Positions 49,354 to 63,890 of a stretch of DNA of 64,000 nt are shown in pieces. Location: assembly GCA_965644265.1 (NCBI GenBank), contig OZ286467.1, forward strand, positions 51,770,001-51,834,000, read 5' to 3'. How positions within the stretch are numbered: position 1 is the first letter of the stretch; the number at the start of each line of letters is the position of its first letter. Below the pieces are notes generated by a model, which saw only the letters and a program-made list of their open reading frames with translations, did no database searches and had not been told where the DNA came from. Made by a program: the position numbers and the translations under genes. Source of the stretch: Glycera tridactyla (lineage: Eukaryota).

Positions 49354-51209
49354 TTCTGGTAAAAAATGAGGTAAACAGACTGAATTATATGCGGAACAGT
49401 ATAAATCATATTGACCCATTTTCATGCTGGACTCCTGCAGAAATTGCTTGAGAATATTCCAGATACATACAGCTCCTTCACCCATTGTTCAGAGCTTCAG
49501 ATTTTCTCAGAGGTGAACGGGCCAATAACTGAACATTATTGGACCATCTCTTGTTGGACCCTGAGTAGGAGATATTAATGGGTCAAAAGGGCAAAGATGT
49601 AGGCAAGGGCCCAGTTCCAACAACAATCTGAAGCTCTGATTGTTGAAGAATATTGGCAGTCAGCATGAGCAGTTGTCAGTGTAAGTGAGATGATGGTATC
49701 CTTTCTTCGCTGTTCACATTCCATGATGCATTCTTCCCATGTGAAAGAGGACTTGCAGTGGGAGCATGAGTCAGTTTGGCCTTCTCACTGTCTCAAAATT
49801 CAAAAACTGGTTAACACTATAAGCCGTTGTGGCAAGGTTCTCGACTGTGGCGTTGACATCATAGTAGAAAGATTTCACGGTACTCACAGTAAGCTTGTAG
49901 TTTGGGAAGCTTTCTACAAGCTCACGGTGAGTACCGTGATATCTTTCTACTATGGTTAACTCTAGTTGGTGTGTTGATGGGAAAGATCTGAATTTGTCAT
50001 AGCAATTGATCACTTCAGAACCAATTGATTTCAAGCCTATTAAGCACATTCAGTCCTGTTTTTTGTAACAACTACTGTACTTGCCCGATGTACAAGCAGA
50101 ACTTAATATAATGGACGTATCTCTAGATGAATCAGTCTGGTCAACAGGAGGGTAGTTTATGTATCATGCCACACTTGCATGTTTTTCTATGTGATAAAGT
50201 GGTATGTGATATCACTTGAAATACTCCCTGGCTGGGGAGTATTGGGGGACTTCTTTTGTTGTTTACTTGCTGACTGGTACCCTGGCTTCAGTTGATATAT
50301 GATGTGATGTGCCGGACAGATAGGGTACCAGTGGAAATTTAAGGTAAACAAAGATGGTGGATTCTTGTTGTCAGGGCACATTCCGCAGAGTAGAGCAAAG
50401 AATATTTCAATAATAACAAGAAATAACGAATCAGATCGAAGAACCTAGTTTAAGTGTGACATAAATCCAAGAATGAGTGGTATGAACGATGATATCGCAC
50501 GCTTGTGGGCACCGACGGTGCAATATCATCGTTTGTACCACTCAGGCCGGTGATTCTTGCTATATGCTTTCATCGTGTCATTTTATCCCTGCTACTTCAT
50601 TTCATTAAATGTGATCATTACATTGCTTTCTTTTTTCTGTTGTAGGTAAGTTTCCCATCTTGATGAGGCTAGCAACCAGGTATACTTCCCATATCAGACA
50701 GTAGGTGCTACTAACTTGATTATTGATGTCAACTTGTGTGAATTTCTGTATTCTTTCTTCACCCCTCTAACGTATTGCTAAAACGATATTTTCTTTAATG
50801 ATCTTGGCTAAAACAGCTATTCCATGTTTAGCCAAATCACTGATGCTTTAGCAAAACACATCATGAGATAATTTCAGTTTGCCATCACTTTTATTTCAAA
50901 CTATTGCATCAAGTTTCAGACATGGGTATGGACAGTCGTATTTCAGCTTCTATATATAGCTTCTTGTTACCTGACTATGGCTATTGCTAATGCAGTAGGC
51001 TCTTTCTAAATTTAATTTTTTCCAAGAAAAGGGGACTACCTGCAAAAGTTGGCAGCTGTCTTTATCACACCAATACAGTCTGACTGGATTTGTCATAATA
51101 TGTGTGTCAAAGTGAGTGGATTGTCCATCCAGTCCAGGTGCAGTGTTGACAGCCTCCTGCCACTATCGCAGAGCCAGGATATATCCAGGTTAAGATATGC
51201 TCTTTTCTA

Positions 51210-51362
51210 CAGTGAAACCTGTTATGAGAGACTGCCCTAAATGTCACCCAAAAGCGGTCTCTAGAAACAGGTGGTCTCTCTAGGTGTATTTGACCATGTC
51301 AAATAGAAAAGGTGCCCTTGAAGGTGGTCTCTTGTCGGGATCTTTCCTCGCAGGTTTCACTG
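51210..51362. mobile_element. TA-flanked MITE
   Basis: CAGTGAAACCTG/CAGGTTTCACTG terminal inverted repeats. Confidence 0.75.
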
Positions 51363-54300
51363 TACTCTGATTCTCGATGGGATCCGAATCATACACCTTC
51401 GACTTGGACAATTTTCTCACATGAATCTAAATACCCCGGTATATGAGAAAATCTTGATCAAATTTAGCTGAATGCAGTTAAAGGAAAAATGCTGCGAATT
51501 CTGTTACATTACACTGATATGATTATGAAATTATCCCCTTCTGCAATTGTCATATATATGCTATCAAACATTTCAAATATTTATTCTCTTTATCCTCTGT
51601 CATCCATAATTTTTTTTAATGAAGTTTGGACATTCTGTTGGTTGTACATTATATGCAATATTCAGTATCAGTTTGAATTTAAAGATGTCCATATCCATGG
51701 CATTGTTCTGCAGCCCTGGCACATTGTAACAGGTGAAGAGGGACCACCCTGAATGTCACCAAAAAGTGGTCTCATAAAAGAGGCGTCTCTCAATGAACGA
51801 ATATTTGACTAAGCAAAATAGAAAACCTGCCCTGCAAAAGCGGTCACCTGTCTGAGGTAGTCTCTCGTTGGTGGGCTATCATCACAGATTTCACCGTAAT
51901 GTATTATGTTCACACTGAGTACATGTATGTTCTAGGGCCGACCCTTGACAATATCATTGATTTGCTTTAATAACTGTATGGGTCTTGAATTGTAATAGGT
52001 ATGAGATATAGGGACTTCAGATCAGTAGGGTGTGGGATTTTGAGGCTCATTGGGGCTGTTGTATGTAGTTGCGCATTGCGATTTGAGTATCACTCATCGG
52101 GCATGTATGAGGCCATCAAAAGTGGTGGAATGCAGTGTTGAATTGTGTGGCTCACCCACTGGAGTATTGGTTACATTACAACTTTTCTGTGCGCACCTCT
52201 CCCACATAATACTGGCATAGAAAATGCTTGAGCCATTGTTGACAGGGTTGTTATGAAGCCCCCCCCCCCTCCACCCCCGGCTTGACCACTTTTCTATACC
52301 AACACCTCCACCCCCTATATTGGTCTTGAGTTAGCCTCCTCTGCAAATCCGGGAGAAGCCATCAACCTCCTGAACAGACCCTTTAATGTCCATATGAGTG
52401 ATGGGGCTGGGTGTGGGTGTGGGTGTTTGTGAGTGTGTGTGTGTGGCAGGTGTGTGGGGAGGGGTAACTCCAGGGTACCAGTGAAGAGTTGAATTCTCGG
52501 ATCAACTCTGAGTCAGTGAAATTAATGAAGATATAGTTATTCAAAGTAGTGGTAGAAATCGGTTGCAGGTTTGCAATCGATCATCGGTTGGGCCTTTCCA
52601 ACCGATCATCGGTTGAAATCGGTTATGGAAATGGTGAAATTTTCCAACTAAGCTTGAACCAAGCTTGGAATACTCTATCAAGCCCCAACCAAGCTTGAAC
52701 TAAAATGCGACAAAACACCACTCAATTTCATTCGTTGATCACGGATTAATCGATGTCTTTATGCTCGCGAATATCAGCATTTCAAGCGCTTGGTCGCCAT
52801 CATAACACATCGATTCAAAACATAACGAGGTTGACAAGCTGAAGCACTATCTCATTTAATCTGCAAGGGAAAACCTGCTATTTGCGATGGCAATGAATCC
52901 CGCCATGCTCGCCGAAAATTCGTTAATTTACGTACAAGGCAACTCTGGCTTCTCGTTCCTACCCTCTACGAATGTATATTTGAATTCATCTTGTGTGCCG
53001 ATGTCAGCTAGGCTCCCTCCACGGAACTAGACCTGCGCATATCCCTGTGAAAACGTCTTCTGCGCATCTCGTTCTGACTGTCGTCAACACGTGGCGCTGC
53101 AAAAATACGTCAAAACTATGCCATCTCACGGATTTTCTATGAACTGCGCATCTCGTTTTCATTTGCTAGCACGCAAGTTTCACCTTTCGAGATGGGTGCG
53201 ACGAGTAAATAAACGAATGCTGTCTTTTTCTTGCTCATTTTCGCGAATATATTGGTTGTAGACAGGTAGAGAGATTTTCTCTCTGTTTCCGATTTTGTCG
53301 ATTTCCGATTTTTGCAAGTAAGCGCTTGATTGAGCTCGGCAACCAACCGTCTTTCGACTACATTCGATCATCGTTCCACCACTAATTCAAAGTCCACTAA
53401 AATATTCATGTAATGACATTTCTTTGGTATAGAGGTGCCACACCCCTTTTCTGAGAGCATGTATTCTCAGAAACTATTCAATTTGACCATTGAGGCTACC
53501 AGAGAGGACAATCTGGAGCAGAAAGGAGTTGTTCGGGCAGGGAGATCCCTGGAAACGGATTGATTGATTGAGTATCAAATGGCTGAAATAAGACTGTAGA
53601 TGGGCATCATCACCACCACTTCTGCCACAGTGGCCACTACCACCTTTAGCTTTCTCTTGATGTCACAATTGACGAGTACACATGTCCAATCATTGATAAC
53701 TCTCTTTTAATACAACAAAGGTATATGTATACATTGAAGATGAACTTCTTCATTAACATCTGACTCACATGACATCATGGCAAAAATTCAATTTTCAAGT
53801 TGTCTGTTGGTGACCATTGTCAATTAGCAATGGGTGGGCATAGCAATCAGGAGAGCATGGAAAGATTCTAAATCCATGCCTATTTATTCAACAAATATTA
53901 CATGTGTGGTTCCCAAATCGTGCAGAAATACAGTCATGAAAAAATTGATGGACCATGAAATGCCTGGGAAAAGATTGATTGATTGCTTTGATGATGATGA
54001 TGATGATCTCATATTGTGGTCATGAAACATAGCCATATGATAGACTGATGCTATACAGTGAAACTTGCGTTATGAGCCTACCCCACATTTCACCAGAAAG
54101 CAGTCTCAAAACAAGTCTTGTCAGAGCTATACAGTTATACCTGCTTGAGAGAACACCCTGATACAGAGACCACCTGCCTATGAATGCCACCCAGGTAGTA
54201 TTCTCAGCAGTGAACAACCTTTCTACAAAGGGAACCTGCCTACGAAGACCACCTTCGATGCAACCAAGGGTAGTCTTTTTAGTCAGGTTCAGCTGTATTT

Positions 54301-54646
54301 TATGATGTCAGATAGGAAATCTGCCCTGAGGAAGAAATCTCCCTTCCGAGGTGGTCTCTCATCAGAGGTGGTCTCTCATTCAGGATTCTCTCACCACAAG
54401 TTTCACTGTGTTTTGAATAGTGATAAGCTGCCAATTTCCAATCTGGCTGAGAACCCAGTGAGTGCCCTTCACAGTACAGTGGAACCTGTGAGGAAAGGCC
54501 ACCCTAATCTTCACCAAAAAGTGGTCTCTCAAAAGAGTTAGTCTCCCGTCAAAGGTATATTTGGCTTTGTCAAATAGGCAATAAACAAAATCTTTATTTG
54601 AAACCAATATGTATAAAATGATTCAAACAGAACAATTAATCAAATA

Positions 54647-54823
54647 CAGTGAAACCTGCTTGAGTGTAAACCTGCGCTAGGCAAAATCCTGTCTTAAGCA
54701 CATACCCCACAGTCTGCCCGGATGTTTTTTTCTCACTATAATTGTCCTGCGCTAAGCAAAATCCTGTCTTAAGTGAAAGAAAAATTTGGTCCCGTGACTT
54801 TTCACTTAAGACAGGTTTAACTG
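54647..54823 (+). mobile_element. MITE family 1 copy
   Basis: Near-identical to 241-416; TA flanks. Confidence 0.8.
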
Positions 54824-57800
54824 TATTGTTGAAAGATAAGTTCACTGATACTCACAGCTATAAGTTTGACGAGAATCAAATATTGGTCCTTTGGCTTGAT
54901 GGCCTAATCTCCCACTGTAACCTGGTGTCAGGTATATCATGAGAAGTAACATATGTGGTGACTTTGTTTCACAAAAATCGCTCTAATACAAACTATTGCA
55001 TGATTCATGGAATGGAACAGAATGATTCTACTATGACATCATTGTTGATCTTAAAATTTACCTATGTACTGGATAATAGAGCTCAAAAATGAAAATTTTC
55101 ATTTTACCAGAAATTCACCAATGGATACTTCAATTATTCAATATGCTGTGCAGAAGTGAACTCCTGTTGGAGGTGATTTCTAATCAGCAGGTCTCTCTTC
55201 ACAGGTTTCACTGTACATGCTATAATTCTGAACTTGAATAAAAGTTTGTCTATTGTCTATAAATTGCTAGGAGATTTGGCTAGAAGATGGCACGTAATAT
55301 TGTAGTCAATGAGGACCAGCATCCTATGGACACATTTGTCAAATGCCACAGAATTTGTAGGATTTTTCAAGTTGCTTTGTTGGCATATGAGTACCTTGGT
55401 GACTTCATTGATATCTTTCTTCTAAGTTGAGTTTTTTTTGGCATTTGCCAAAAAGGTATGGAGGATAGGCCAAATTTTGACACTGACCCCTACTGGGCCT
55501 TGTCAGTCAGTTTCTACTTGAATCAAATGAGAAATGAAAGTTATCGAAAATATAGGATAGCATACAAATTTAGTTTCATTCATATTTCATCCAGCTTGCA
55601 AGAACCTGATGTAATTGAAGTCTCCAGTCAGTGTATTCCAGGCATATATGACCACTTCTTGATTGGATTGTCACGGTTGAATGGCATCCACCAATTTCAG
55701 GGTTAAGTTTCCCGGTTGATTGCACATCGGCAAATTGGCCCTCAACTTGAAAGGCATTTTCTCGGGAGCAAACAGTCTGTACAAACTATGGGAGCAGAGG
55801 CCGTAATCCCTGCCTGCATAGAGCCGCTCTGCGTCCATGTCTCTGAGATCCGCTACATTACGGCCGGTATTTGTGTCACTTTGAGAGGGTGTAATTACTT
55901 GATGTTTACTCTGCTCGTGCCGGCCAATATTGGAATAAAAAGTTAAGATGTTGTGTAAAGCTTAATTGTTTCTCCTCCAAATTATTTTCATTTTCACACT
56001 TTGGGGTGAGGTGGATGTCAGAGGGGAACAATGAGCGCCGATGACTGTTATCTAACTGAGCAGTTACATTGATGCTCGGCTCGCTCACTCCCAGGTGATT
56101 ATTACTCACAAATGAGATCGGCCACCGTAAAACCAATAAAAGGTGGAGTGGCCCTAATTCAAGGGTTATATATGAATGCCTCTGTGGTGGCAGTGTTTAT
56201 TCGAAGGGGTGCATTTATAACAGGGGATCATGTACTTTCTCCTATATTGGATTCCATGGGTGTCATCTGTCACTCACTTATAGTACTATAGAAGCAGGCT
56301 GCCAGATCCTGCAATTAAATGACATATTTGGGGGACCAACAGAAATACCAATTATTATTATCATTTTTGAGTTATAACCACTCATTTTAAGCAGTATAGC
56401 ATTAATTACAAGAAATTTGACTTTGATTATTCGTCAATCGCATATACTGCAGTCATTCTTCTTAGGAGTTGGGAGTTGAAACCATTACTATTTTTGTTCA
56501 TCAAAGGGTCATATCCCTCATGCAATACGGTCAGTAATAAGTGAGAGTGTAATTTGCAAGCTGTGACTGTGACTGATGTTGACTGATGACTGAAAGGTAA
56601 AAACGATTGACATTCGACATGCCGCCTGTGCCTTGGTTTTTTATTCTGTTTGACTGGGAAATATTGTTCAGCTATGATGCAAACCATGATAAAGTGCTAT
56701 CTCCAGAGCCAGTGAGTTCAAGTTTATTCAGAAGATTATTATGATTAATTATGTCAAATATATTTTAGGTCCAGAATGAGAACTTATCCAGCATATTATT
56801 ATGATCAAGCTTGTCAAATGCTTTTTTTAGGTTCAGGAAGTCAACTTCTGTTGACTTTACTGAAAAGTTTGTCTCCAGCTTGTGTCATTTGGAAGAGACA
56901 ATTCTCACATGGGATTTTCAATGTATAGGCAGTATTCTGGCAGATTACTGCTAGCAGAATTGTACGAAGATACAGCTCACTTCTCATTTGAGTGTGAGAT
57001 TTACATAATTTCATCACATTGGATTCAATACTTCCATTGAAGAATAAGGTCATGGAAAGCTGTACAAGACTTGAAAAATGAGTTAAGCATGGTGTGGAGG
57101 ACTTATTAATTCCCATGTCACCTCATAAATAAGTAAAAATCTTATTTTCATTTTTTGGACCAAGAGTTTAAATATGGTTGATGTTGTTCTGGTGCAGTTT
57201 CCTAGTGTTCAGGCATCACTATGTCAGTGCTTGGAATGCAAACCATCAACGGTGATGTAACAATGATGAGAATCCATCAATCTCTTATGCATCAAGATGA
57301 ATTTCACGGTACTTGTGTATGTCAGATACTTCAATTGACATCAATTTTTGAATATTTCAGAGATTGTCTTTAGTGGTCAATCAGATCTCTGAATGGCCCG
57401 AACAATAGGTGTGAAAATGGTAGCAAATCTTGATCTTAGTTTTCACCGATAAAAGCAAACACTCAGTCATCAAATTATACATCAGCCGTCAATATCTGCC
57501 ATAGTTGAAGTTGTAGGTTGAGTAGATGTGGCGGGTTGGACCTGGATCAATTTGATGCAATGCTTGCTTCCGATGACTTAACTGATGTTATTTACATGAA
57601 GGACCTGCACGCCTGACATTCACTAAACACCTTAGTTTGCACTCACTCAACTTCATGGTCCATTTCACGACAACCCAACTCCACTCAGATTGTGAACAGA
57701 CAGTTCTGAGTAGGTATACCTCATATTTGCTTGGCGTCTATGCAATATTTGGTGAACATGGTCCCTTGGTCTCAAGTTCTTCCCACACATTGTCGAACAC

Positions 57801-58256
57801 CCCCTTCAGTTCGCAGATGTTGATCCTATCCCACCAAGTACCCTCCTGACCAGTAATCCTGTGTCCATTTCCATGAACTAACGCCAACTGACAGTAGGCA
57901 TTTGCTTTTTAGAAAGCCACTTGAGGAATTCTGTGTGTCTTGTTGAAATGTGAAAGTACATTTGGTGATCTAATTTGGACAATGGAAGTTGGCATTTGAA
58001 ATTGATGCTTTAGTCTTAATTTATTCTGACTGTGTATGCACTCACTCATGCTGAAGAGAGAGACTCTCAGAAAGATTTCTCAATTCAATGGAATCTACGA
58101 TGGGAGACCCGCTGATGAGGTAGCATCAGTTGGGAAAGACCATCTCAGGATTCTTTTAGACATAGATAAATCTACCCCTAACAACAGATGACATGTGATG
58201 TAAGGAAACTTTTTAATGTAATTTTGCTCAGTGACTTGTCACCAAATTTACCATTA

Positions 58257-58446
58257 CAGTGAAACCTGCGAGGAGAGACTCTAACATGAGACCACCACCA
58301 ACAGGAGACCGCTTTTCCAGGACAGCTTTTTTATTTGACATAGTCAAATATACCTCTGACGAGAGGCCACCTCTTGCAAGACCACCTGTTTTGGGAGACC
58401 GCTTTTCAGTGACGCTAAGGGCAGTCTCCTGTTGCAGGTTTCACTG
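58257..58446. mobile_element. TA-flanked MITE
   Basis: CAGTGAAACCTGC/GCAGGTTTCACTG terminal inverted repeats. Confidence 0.8.
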
Positions 58447-60774
58447 TATGTCAATGTATAGTCGCAGTCTCCCAAATGCAGACTTGATTGAATTGTCTGG
58501 CAGAGTTTCATTTGAAGCAATCTCAAGTGAGAAACCACTGTAGATGTTTGCTACAGTTTTTGCAAAATGAATGCAAATCAAACGATTTGGCATTTAGGTG
58601 CAAATTCCACCCAGAGGTACTATTCATGGGTAAGTCAAAAATTCAAAGAAGCAAATGTCTAGAGTTTTCCAAAGTTTCAATGCGATGCCTGAAGATTTAC
58701 CAAATAATTACTGGATTGCCAATTTTATTTTTGCAACAAGTGACTTGCAGAGCTGGATTTACCAAGTTACCTGATGGCAAGACCTACCAATATTGCTGTT
58801 GGCTGAAGATTTACCAGTAGATTACCATGATGCCTATGGTTAACTTAGACCCGTTGGATGACTGAATAGTTGCAAAAGAGCTGTAAGCAAATGATCCTCA
58901 AGGTGTTATCAGAGACATACTCTTTGCAGAGATGCCGACCACTATCATTATGGGAGATTAAGTGCTCTCTTTTGGCCTGATAGTCTTTTCAGAGTTGCCA
59001 AGTGTCCTAAGGATCACCAAATATGTTTTCTTTGTGAGGAGTTGGCACCGGTTTTCTATTGTTCCTATATTGTCATGGCTGATCAGAAGCAGGGTAAAAT
59101 GAGCCGGTTATATGGTGTATACTTGCATATGGGGTTTCTGACAGGTCCTCGTACTTTTTGTTCGGCCATGTAATGGCCATATGTGACACCTTAAGTGAAC
59201 TGTATCATTGGCGTGACATAGACTGGATTTTTTTCTGGTGACAAGTAGTTTTGGGAGACAGTCAATTGAGTGTACTGTTGCACCTTGTCTAAACCAGCCA
59301 CCCTTGAAGAGACAAAGTAAGCCAAGAGCATACATGTGTCTCCTGACAACACTATTGTTTCTAAGTTGTTGAATTTGTCCAAATGCCAACTGTCCTATTC
59401 TCTCGAGACATATGGCTGTCCAGCATCTACATGTGGGATAAATATCCAGAGATGGGCGTGAAAACATGAAAATATATCTACCTGTCTACTAGGCAGGTAG
59501 ATTGCAAATTTACCTGCCCCCCCCCCCCATAAATTACGGCAGCCTCTATATATGTTCATCAAATTTATTACCATCTTCTTTTTATCCGCTGGGCAGTTAA
59601 ATTCAAAATCTGCCTGCTCGCTATGGAATTCTATGTACCCCTGGTAGGAGGGAGGCTATTTCTTCTCATCCTTCAAGTTCCTATTTTGAATCCTATAGAT
59701 CATCAGCCTTCCCACAGATTATAGAGGGTAGATAAATCTGTGGCCACTCCCTCACTGGTGACATTCCCCCCAGCAATTAAGGACAGTATGGTGAGGCCAT
59801 GGACAGTGAAAAATGAGGATAAACTGCTATATTTGGAGGCAGGATTTGCTAGATGAGCTATGCTGTCTGTGGGATTAGTTTACCATCACCTGGGATTAAC
59901 TTTGATCAGAGCTGGGTCATTAAATGGGGATTAAAATTGGGGTACTGTACACAGGCGAGCATGCGGCTTGTTGAGAGAGTCTCAGCGGGCCTATGTATTC
60001 CTCTGTAACATATGTATGCTCGGTTCGTGTAAGCCAACTTGTGTCGAGAGTGCAGCAATCATAACTTGATGTGAAGGGTTCCCTATTGTCTGGGGCAGGT
60101 AAAATATGCAGGGATGTGACTGTTGCATTAATCCATGGATTCCTGCATTTTGAAGGGCACTGGCACAGGAAGGACAAAAAAGGGCATTATATGCTGAATA
60201 TTTTGGTTCTTAAATCATCAAAATTGAGCCACAATTAGTGGAGATTGAGCATAGAGTATATATATTAGTGGTTCAGCATGTCTGTATCCAGTGGTAATTC
60301 AGTGTCATTTTCAAACATTTTCATTTTTCATCCTTTTATAGAGAAGGATCAGATGATGAATACAGAATCCCCCTCTTGCCTTTAGCCACTCAGGCTTTCC
60401 AGCAGCAAGATTACTTGGCATGTCCAACCTTCCCCTACCCAGCACTTCCCATACCTAGCATGAGGGGCATTCTTTATGATACTCAGTGTCCTGACTTGAC
60501 TGGTCATTGCACTGCTTGTAGGTGACTCATTTACAAATACCGCATCCTGCCACATTTGCTGGGTTAGCAAAGGAAACTAACATTTCTAGTCGCAAATTTG
60601 GTTTGTACATTAGTTTATTTGAAGTCAGGGACTGGAAAATTAAGCGGAAACGTTTGATGATATGATTTAGTTTCATGAACACATCTTTCTGCCAGTATCC
60701 CTGAAATTCATAGATATCATGTGATTGTAGCATGATCGAACCAATATCATGCCCCCATCACAGATTTCTGATTA

Positions 60775-60997
60775 CCGTATATTGCCGAATATAGGCGCAG
60801 TGCTCTAAGGCTTTGTTTAGTGCCCTGTGCATCTATTGGGAACCGACTTTGACCTGGCGAAGACTGTCAGATCTGTCACTTTTATCACAAAATACATAAT
60901 TATTCAGTTTTGACATGTGTTCCACTGGTCATCGCTGGTGTCGTCGATTATTTGAATTGCGGGGTGCGCTTCTGATAAGGTATAGGCGTTTATACGG
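60775..60997. mobile_element. Small MITE with CCGTATA/TATACGG ends
   Basis: 7-bp terminal inverted repeats, TA on the left flank and a CpG-rich interior. Confidence 0.4.
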
Positions 60998-63539
60998 TGT
61001 CTAGGAAGCAGTTCCGGTGGATTAGAGAGATGACCCAGGCTAATAAGTCAGTGAATTCTCTCAGCCACTTTGGCTATAGATGCATGGATGTCTTTGGTCA
61101 AACATTAAGATCTTTAGCCAACAGGATTTTGGCTAATGACTAGCTAGAACACAGAATCTGATGCTTGTATCAAAAATTGCCTACCCAAGGTAGTTTCAAG
61201 TATTTTCAGTGTGAGTCTTTTGACCCATTATCCTTAGGTTATTCAGCCTCCTGCATTTTGCTGCTGCATTCCAGCCAAATCAGCTAGAGGATATCTGGCA
61301 TTTCCCAAAATCTTGATTCTTGCCTTTCTAACTTCTCTACAAAGGCCAGCTGTCCACAAAGACTTTGATATTCAGGGTGGTCAAAGGAACAAGTTCCTAA
61401 TATACCGGTACTACACTCATTGGTTGACAATTGTAGATCATCATCTTGCATTGAGGACACTTCATATGAATTTGTATCCCTCCTTATTGACATTATTATG
61501 GGCATAGAGTAAATAACTGCTATCATGATTCTATTGTGTTGAAGGCATGTGAAAATGGAATTTTTTCAGGAAATTGCACTATGACAGATCCTCTGAAATT
61601 TACTCAGTCATCAGTGTTGGCACACATGGATGAAGATGCCACTCGATATTGCTGCTGTTTTTGGCGAATATTCGATAGATTTCCGAGATTTATGCATGGA
61701 TATACCACACTAATTCATGCATATCATCCTTTCACTGTGAGTTCACTATCTCTTGGGTTATTTATCACAGCAAACTACGTACCTGAAATCACAGCTTCAA
61801 CATGTCGAAGTGAGAGTGGACATGCAGATGCGACTCTTCATTTGGCGAATATTTGTTGTATCCTCGTAGTTTCACTTTATTTCTTCAATATGACATGAAT
61901 GGATCCCAATTGATACATTTATCGAATATTTCTTTGATATCTCACCAGCCACTGGCGTTTGTTCACGAAAATACTTGATTATCACCCATTGGCGATTTTT
62001 GCCATCTTGAACAAATATGCGCCCCCTTCTCAATTAGCAAGTGCCCCGGGCGTAATTAGGGAGAATATGGTAACTGCTATCATTGATTTTGTCCTGTGAC
62101 TGTATCATAATGTCTACATAATATTGATTTGTAGGAAGTGACATTAAAATCAAACATGCATTCATACAATGTCAGAATTAAGATGTTGTAGAGGAAATCC
62201 AGGATTATCCAGTGACATTAGAAGGCCACCCCATGCCTGGATTATCAGATTTATTGATCTGATTAAGAGAGATTCAGTACTTCAGGAGATAATCTCTACC
62301 TGAAAAACATCCTGCAGACATGGCTAGAATGCATAAGTCAGTCTCTCATGTTTAAATCTCGAGAAAATCACTGATGGATATTACATCTTCTTACTTGAGA
62401 AATTGAGTCACTGGATGCCTGTGCAAAAAGCCACCAGACATTGCCAAATATTTTAGTTTTTAAACCAGATGGGGGATTAGATTCATTTGTATGCTTAACC
62501 GAATGCCGTCTGATCGAACGCCATACCATCTTGCGAGGTTATGATCATTGAACTCACAACAGTTGAGCTGAGCTTGGTTTATTAAGGCATGCTTTTTATT
62601 TGTATCAGTTGCATGCTATACTATACATGATGTTTGTTATTAGGGGTTGTTAGCTAGTTGTATATAGGTAGCTCCCGACATTTAAATGACTGGAGCATAA
62701 CTACAGTTGGTACAGATGGGGCAAGGATTGATTGAGACCTTTCAATCATTTCATCCATGAATAAGTTCATCAAAATTATCTAGCATCATAATATAATTAT
62801 TTGTGCTCAGATTTCACCCACTTGTACATTTGAATAGTGAATAGAGAGAAGTTGGAATGACTTGATGTATGCATGGCTCACCACAATGACGAGTATGTAA
62901 TTATGTAAGGGTCAGAAATGTTAATAACATTATCATATTTCATTTGACTTTAACCTGACAAATTCGAGAGGACCTACCTGACAACCAAAAATGGTCTTAC
63001 CAAACAAGTAGTTTCTTTTGATAGGTATATTTGACATTGACTATGTCAAATCGATAACGGGGTTTCCTTAGTTTGAACACATAAGCAAGAAAAATGGGTT
63101 ATTGCTACCACGTTATTGCATCCCACGTTAGATTGAAAGAGTACCGTTGAAAAAGTACAGTTGTCTCTAGATGGGTGGCCTTCATAGAGACACTATTCAT
63201 GTAGAAAGCTCTGTCAAGGTCACCAGCTAGGGTGACTTTGGTAGGCAGTAGGAGGCTCAACCAAAGATGGTCTTCTTTAGACAGGTCTGATAGCACCTAC
63301 TGTAGTGAAATGGGAAAGGAAATATTATACTTCTTCCAAGAGGACCATTATGAAAGGTAAGGGGAAGGATGTTGTACAAAGTGCTGTTACAGTTCTCAAC
63401 TCAGCAAGTGAATAAGAACACTATCCCACAGGATGACAGCACCAGTAGTTGGCATATATACCTCTAGTGACAGCAGTCAATCAATAGTGGGTCTGACTGA
63501 ACTAACCTCCGATTGTGGAACTGCAGCTGATTACTGTAC

Positions 63540-63890
63540 ATAGACCTGTCTTGGAACTGGTCTTATCGACACGTCTAGAGACGAATGAAACTGCCAAAGC
63601 CCGTTAGCCGCTTCTGGCAAGCGTCGCCGATGACTGCCTACTGCCAAGAATTCCGTCTGGGTGGCTCTCAAGGTCTTGTTCAAGTGTTGCAATGATGGAA
63701 CTGGTGTATTTCCGGAAGATTGATCTATCAACACATGATGAACCCCAGCTTCAAACTGTGTGTGTCCCTCCCAACAAGAGCACAGGTAGGTAAGGGGGAT
63801 ATATCACATTGCAAGGGAACCTGTGTGCTGGAAAATCGCTGAATGAAGCGATTCGACTCATAATTCATCCAAAGTATGTTATTGGCAAGC
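63540..63890 (+). mobile_element. Possible decayed LINE RT fragment
   Basis: VL..(N)E...ADDCLL and a later Y.L.G.L...HPKY..G resemble CR1/L2-type RT motifs; contains stops and frameshifts. Confidence 0.3.

Noticed and set aside
5421-58446. GACCACC(C/T) motifs resembling GLI sites
   Set aside because: They are internal repeats of an abundant MITE family, with no evidence of locus-specific function.
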